A stretch of DNA of 30,338 nucleotides. Origin: an uncultured archaeon. Its GTDB lineage: Archaea; Asgardarchaeota; Jordiarchaeia; Jordiarchaeales; Jordiarchaeaceae. The notes below the pieces were generated by a model. It had not been told where the DNA came from. It made no database searches and saw nothing but the letters and a program-made list of their open reading frames with translations. The translations under genes and the position numbers were made by a program. The DNA is taken from assembly GCA_964510585.1 (NCBI GenBank), contig CAZECW010000080.1, forward strand, positions 1-30,338. The letters are read 5' to 3'. Below are positions 27,831-30,338 of the stretch, piece by piece. Within the stretch, counting starts at the first letter, position 1; every line of letters begins with the position of its first letter.

Positions 27831-28958
27831 ATGGTTAAAGATGTTAGGAGATTCGTTAAGCCTCACCTAATAGGGATTAAATCCAACTATGAGGTTTTAA
27901 CCGGCATTTTGGGAGCAAAAATAGTTAGCGACGCTATATGTAGCGAGGAAATGATAAGAATGTTTAATAATGAGAGCCCCTACCCGCCCTCTCCCAAAGT
28001 TTTTAACGTTGTGGAAGACCACCTAACATCGATAAGCAGATACCCCGACCCTACTTGCTACTACCTGAATGAGAAGATAGCAGAATATGTCGGTCTCAAG
28101 CCTGAAAACGTAATCGTGGGAAGAGGGTCGCTTGGAGTTATAGAATTAATTTATAATGTTTTTGTAGGACTCGGCGATGAGGTTATAATTCCTATTCCCT
28201 CCTTCGAGCAATTTGAATTCTTATGCAATATGGTTGGTGGAAAACCCGTTTTTATACAACTTGAAAAGCCAGATTTTGTCCTAAAACCAGAAATGGTATC
28301 AGAGCGCGTTACTAAAAAAACCAAGCTTATAATTATTATAAATCCCAACAACCCCGTAGGTAACTACACACCTATAGAAGCCGTCAGAGAAATTTTGGAG
28401 GAAGATGCCATCGTTGTGGTGGACGAAGCCTATTACGAATACTGTAAAAAGACCGTAGCGCCATTGGTTTCAGAATATGAGAATCTAATTGTTACCAGAA
28501 CCTTCTCTAAAGCCTTCAGCCTTGCAGGTCTAAGAATAGGATACGGCCTCGCGAATCCCGAACTAATAATGCAACTGCGCAAACTTGACACCGTCTTCCC
28601 CATGAGTGCGGTTGCCATTCAAGCCGCTATAGCTGCCCTCGAAGACACTGATTACGCCGAAAAAAACGTTCTAGAAACCATAAAGGAAAGAGAGTATATC
28701 AGAGAAGAAATAGCAAAAATCGAGGGACTGAAACCCTACCCCTCAGAAACCAACTTCATACTAGTAGAAATCACCAGAGATAATTTTGATGCAGGAAAAT
28801 TAACAGCAAAGCTTTTAGAAAACAAGATTCTAATAAAAAACTGTGCGGACCAAAGAGGTTTAAACAGTAAATTTTTCCGAGTGTCAACATCAACACCAGA
28901 AAATAACAGACTATTCATAAAAGCTCTAACAAATATAATGAAAACACAAAAATCCTAA
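27831..28958 (+). CDS. hisC: Histidinol-phosphate aminotransferase family PLP enzyme
   Basis: RYPDP, NPNNPVG, VVDEAYYEY, RTFSKAFSLAGLRIGY and SETNFIL. A CobD-like function cannot be excluded. Confidence 0.8.
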   Translation: MVKDVRRFVKPHLIGIKSNYEVLTGILGAKIVSDAICSEEMIRMFNNESPYPPSPKVFNVVEDHLTSISRYPDPTCYYLNEKIAEYVGLKPENVIVGRGSLGVIELIYNVFVGLGDEVIIPIPSFEQFEFLCNMVGGKPVFIQLEKPDFVLKPEMVSERVTKKTKLIIIINPNNPVGNYTPIEAVREILEEDAIVVVDEAYYEYCKKTVAPLVSEYENLIVTRTFSKAFSLAGLRIGYGLANPELIMQLRKLDTVFPMSAVAIQAAIAALEDTDYAEKNVLETIKEREYIREEIAKIEGLKPYPSETNFILVEITRDNFDAGKLTAKLLENKILIKNCADQRGLNSKFFRVSTSTPENNRLFIKALTNIMKTQKS

Positions 28959-29053
28959 AAATCAAGCATCAGCCGCCTAACCCAAGCCTACTTTTAATAA
29001 AAAGTGGAAGGTAAAAGTGGTTTAAAATGGTTCACATTTCCTTGAACAAGTCG

Positions 29054-29479
29054 TTAGTTTACGCTGACATTTTTTTCGGGTTCCTTCTTTAGAACAACTC
29101 TCAGTACTCCATTCTTATAGACAGCTTTTGCATCTTCACCTTTTACTCTAGCTGGTAGACTGATGTTTGCTTTGAATGTTTTCTTCTCTGTCCCCCTTAG
29201 TTTTATTTCTTCTTCGTTGTGTTCCCGCTCCGCGCTAACTTCCAAGTAATAGTCGCCTACTCTTAAGTCAATATCGTCCTTCTCAAAACCAGGAATGTCA
29301 ATCTCCACTATAACACGCTCTTGGTCTTCGGCAATATAAGTTGACTCCAAAACCCTCATTTTCTCAAACAATTCTGGGAATCTCTGGGACATCAATTTTC
29401 CAATATTTCTCATGTGATGTCTGAACCTGTGATCCCAAGGAGGGAAAAATTCCGGCCAGTACCACTTACCGCAATCCAT
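29054..29479 (-). CDS. hsp20: Small heat shock protein Hsp20/alpha-crystallin
   Basis: VEIDIPGFEKDDI.L...LEVSA, LPARV....AKAVYKNGVLRV. ATG 29479 follows a GGAGGTG SD. Confidence 0.93.
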   Translation of the reverse strand: MDCGKWYWPEFFPPWDHRFRHHMRNIGKLMSQRFPELFEKMRVLESTYIAEDQERVIVEIDIPGFEKDDIDLRVGDYYLEVSAEREHNEEEIKLRGTEKKTFKANISLPARVKGEDAKAVYKNGVLRVVLKKEPEKNVSVN

Positions 29480-29494
29480 AACTTTTTTCACCTC

Positions 29495-30109
29495 CTATTC
29501 AACTTTTATCCTCTTCGGTGATTCAGGGGAGGACTCCTGTTCCAGCCTATTGATAGTGGCATCAATAGATTTCAACTCTGATTCCAGTTGAGCCTTTAAC
29601 GCCCTCAAAATTTTCAGAGTCTCCTCAGGAGACAGAAAAGATGTTGCGTAGTCTTTTGCAAGCTTGGCCAATTGCTCAATCCTGTTAGCCATGAAGTGAG
29701 TTCTTTTCAGAGCATACTTCTCAAAACTGGAACAGAGATGATCGTCAACAAAGCCCACAAAATTCTGGAAGAAGTCAATTTCCCTATCAAACTTCTCCAC
29801 GATTTCTTTCAAAGCCTCTTCACCAGAGGGAGTTATCTCATACCTTTTTCTGCTAGGACCTCTGTCACTCTCCTCCTTGGTTCCTTGAATTAACCCTCTT
29901 TCTTCAAGTCGAGACAACGCGGGATATATCACACCAGCTTTGATCTCCCAAAAACCCTTAAACTTCTCACTGAGTCTGTTTATAATCTCATAACCATAAC
30001 AAGGTCTCTCCTTAATCATCACTAATATGAGAAACTCCATGGGGCTTATTTTCTGAAGTCTATCCCAAACATTTCTACCGAAGCCACGTCCCTGCCATAT
30101 CATATTCAT
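29495..30109 (-). CDS. PadR family transcriptional regulator
   Basis: LILVMIKERPCYGYEI, GVIYPALSRLEERGLI and RKRYEITPSG, followed by a helical/coiled-coil C-terminus. Possible starts are 30112, 30109 or 30103. Confidence 0.92.
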   Translation of the reverse strand: MNMIWQGRGFGRNVWDRLQKISPMEFLILVMIKERPCYGYEIINRLSEKFKGFWEIKAGVIYPALSRLEERGLIQGTKEESDRGPSRKRYEITPSGEEALKEIVEKFDREIDFFQNFVGFVDDHLCSSFEKYALKRTHFMANRIEQLAKLAKDYATSFLSPEETLKILRALKAQLESELKSIDATINRLEQESSPESPKRIKVE

Positions 30110-30116
30110 CACACCG

Positions 30117-30166
30117 ATTATTGTTAACTCTACATATTATTAACTAATTATTGTTAACTCTATATA
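30117..30166. promoter_or_regulatory. Tandem direct repeats (putative operator) over the padR-hsp20 promoter/leader
   Basis: ATTATTGTTAACTCTA occurs exactly at 30117-30132 and 30147-30162 (30-bp period) and extends to 19/20. A partial ATTATTAACT lies between the two copies. Confidence 0.75.
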
Positions 30167-30175
30167 CTAGATTCA

Positions 30176-30190
30176 AATATAAACCTTTCG
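30176..30190 (-). promoter_or_regulatory. BRE-TATA promoter for padR-hsp20
   Basis: The minus strand reads CGAAAGG-TTTATATT. The BRE (CGAAAG) is the same as that upstream of tfb. Confidence 0.6.
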
Positions 30191-30218
30191 GTAAAAACAG
30201 TATTTGAAAATGAGTTTT

Positions 30219-30265
30219 GGGGGTAGGGATACCCTTATAGTGGAGGGAAGGGTATTCTTACCCCC
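30219..30265 (+). repeat. 18-bp GC-rich hairpin in the leader of the downstream gene
   Basis: GGGGGTAGGGATACCCTT / AAGGGTATTCTTACCCCC give 16 Watson-Crick pairs plus 2 G-U pairs on the + strand, with an 11-nt loop. Confidence 0.8.
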
Positions 30266-30277
30266 GTGGTGGAAAAC

Positions 30278-30338
30278 ATGATAGAAATACTTCTCCTCCA
30301 AGGTATAATAATCTTTCTCCTGATCACCCTGATAATCA
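30278..30338 (+). CDS. Partial N-terminus of a probable membrane or secreted protein
   Basis: ATG after GTGGTGG; reads MIEILLLQGIIIFLLITLII and is truncated by the window end. Confidence 0.55.
   Translation, partial: MIEILLLQGIIIFLLITLII

Noticed and set aside
1-30338. CRISPR arrays, rRNA, tRNA, SRP or RNase P RNA, and selenoprotein UGA readthrough
   Set aside because: In the regions I read I saw no regularly spaced repeat-spacer array, no signature RNA motifs, and no UGA-interrupted frame continuing a recognisable domain.

Overview
Archaeal chromosomal window. Evidence: TFB, RpoP/Rpo12, aIF1/SUI1, Cdc48, a standalone GMP synthase ATPPase subunit, eukaryote/archaeal-type GlyRS, BRE-TATA promoters and GGAGG/GGTG Shine-Dalgarno sites. 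Two orphan Roadblock/LC7 genes plus an SCP2 gene suggest an Asgard-type lineage, but this is inference only. Most of the window is housekeeping: transcription, translation, proteostasis (PAC2, JAMM, Cdc48, Hsp20) and nucleotide metabolism. The accessory parts are a frameshifted transposase-like Zn-ribbon at the left edge; a nitroreductase-RHH-RHH-SCP2 operon; a B12/radical-SAM/TRAM enzyme with a Cys-rich insertion; an Fe-S protein/ferredoxin pair beside an MFS transporter; a dehydrogenase + LsrK-like FGGY kinase + class II aldolase module; and a PadR-Hsp20 operon with tandem repeats over its promoter. Several intergenic inverted repeats or hairpins are not explained by the genes. I found no rRNA, tRNA or CRISPR array. 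All family calls come from motif recognition by eye, not database searches. I see no clear-cut novel system; the best candidates are the sugar/AI-2-like catabolic trio, the PadR-Hsp20 module and the RHH pair operon.
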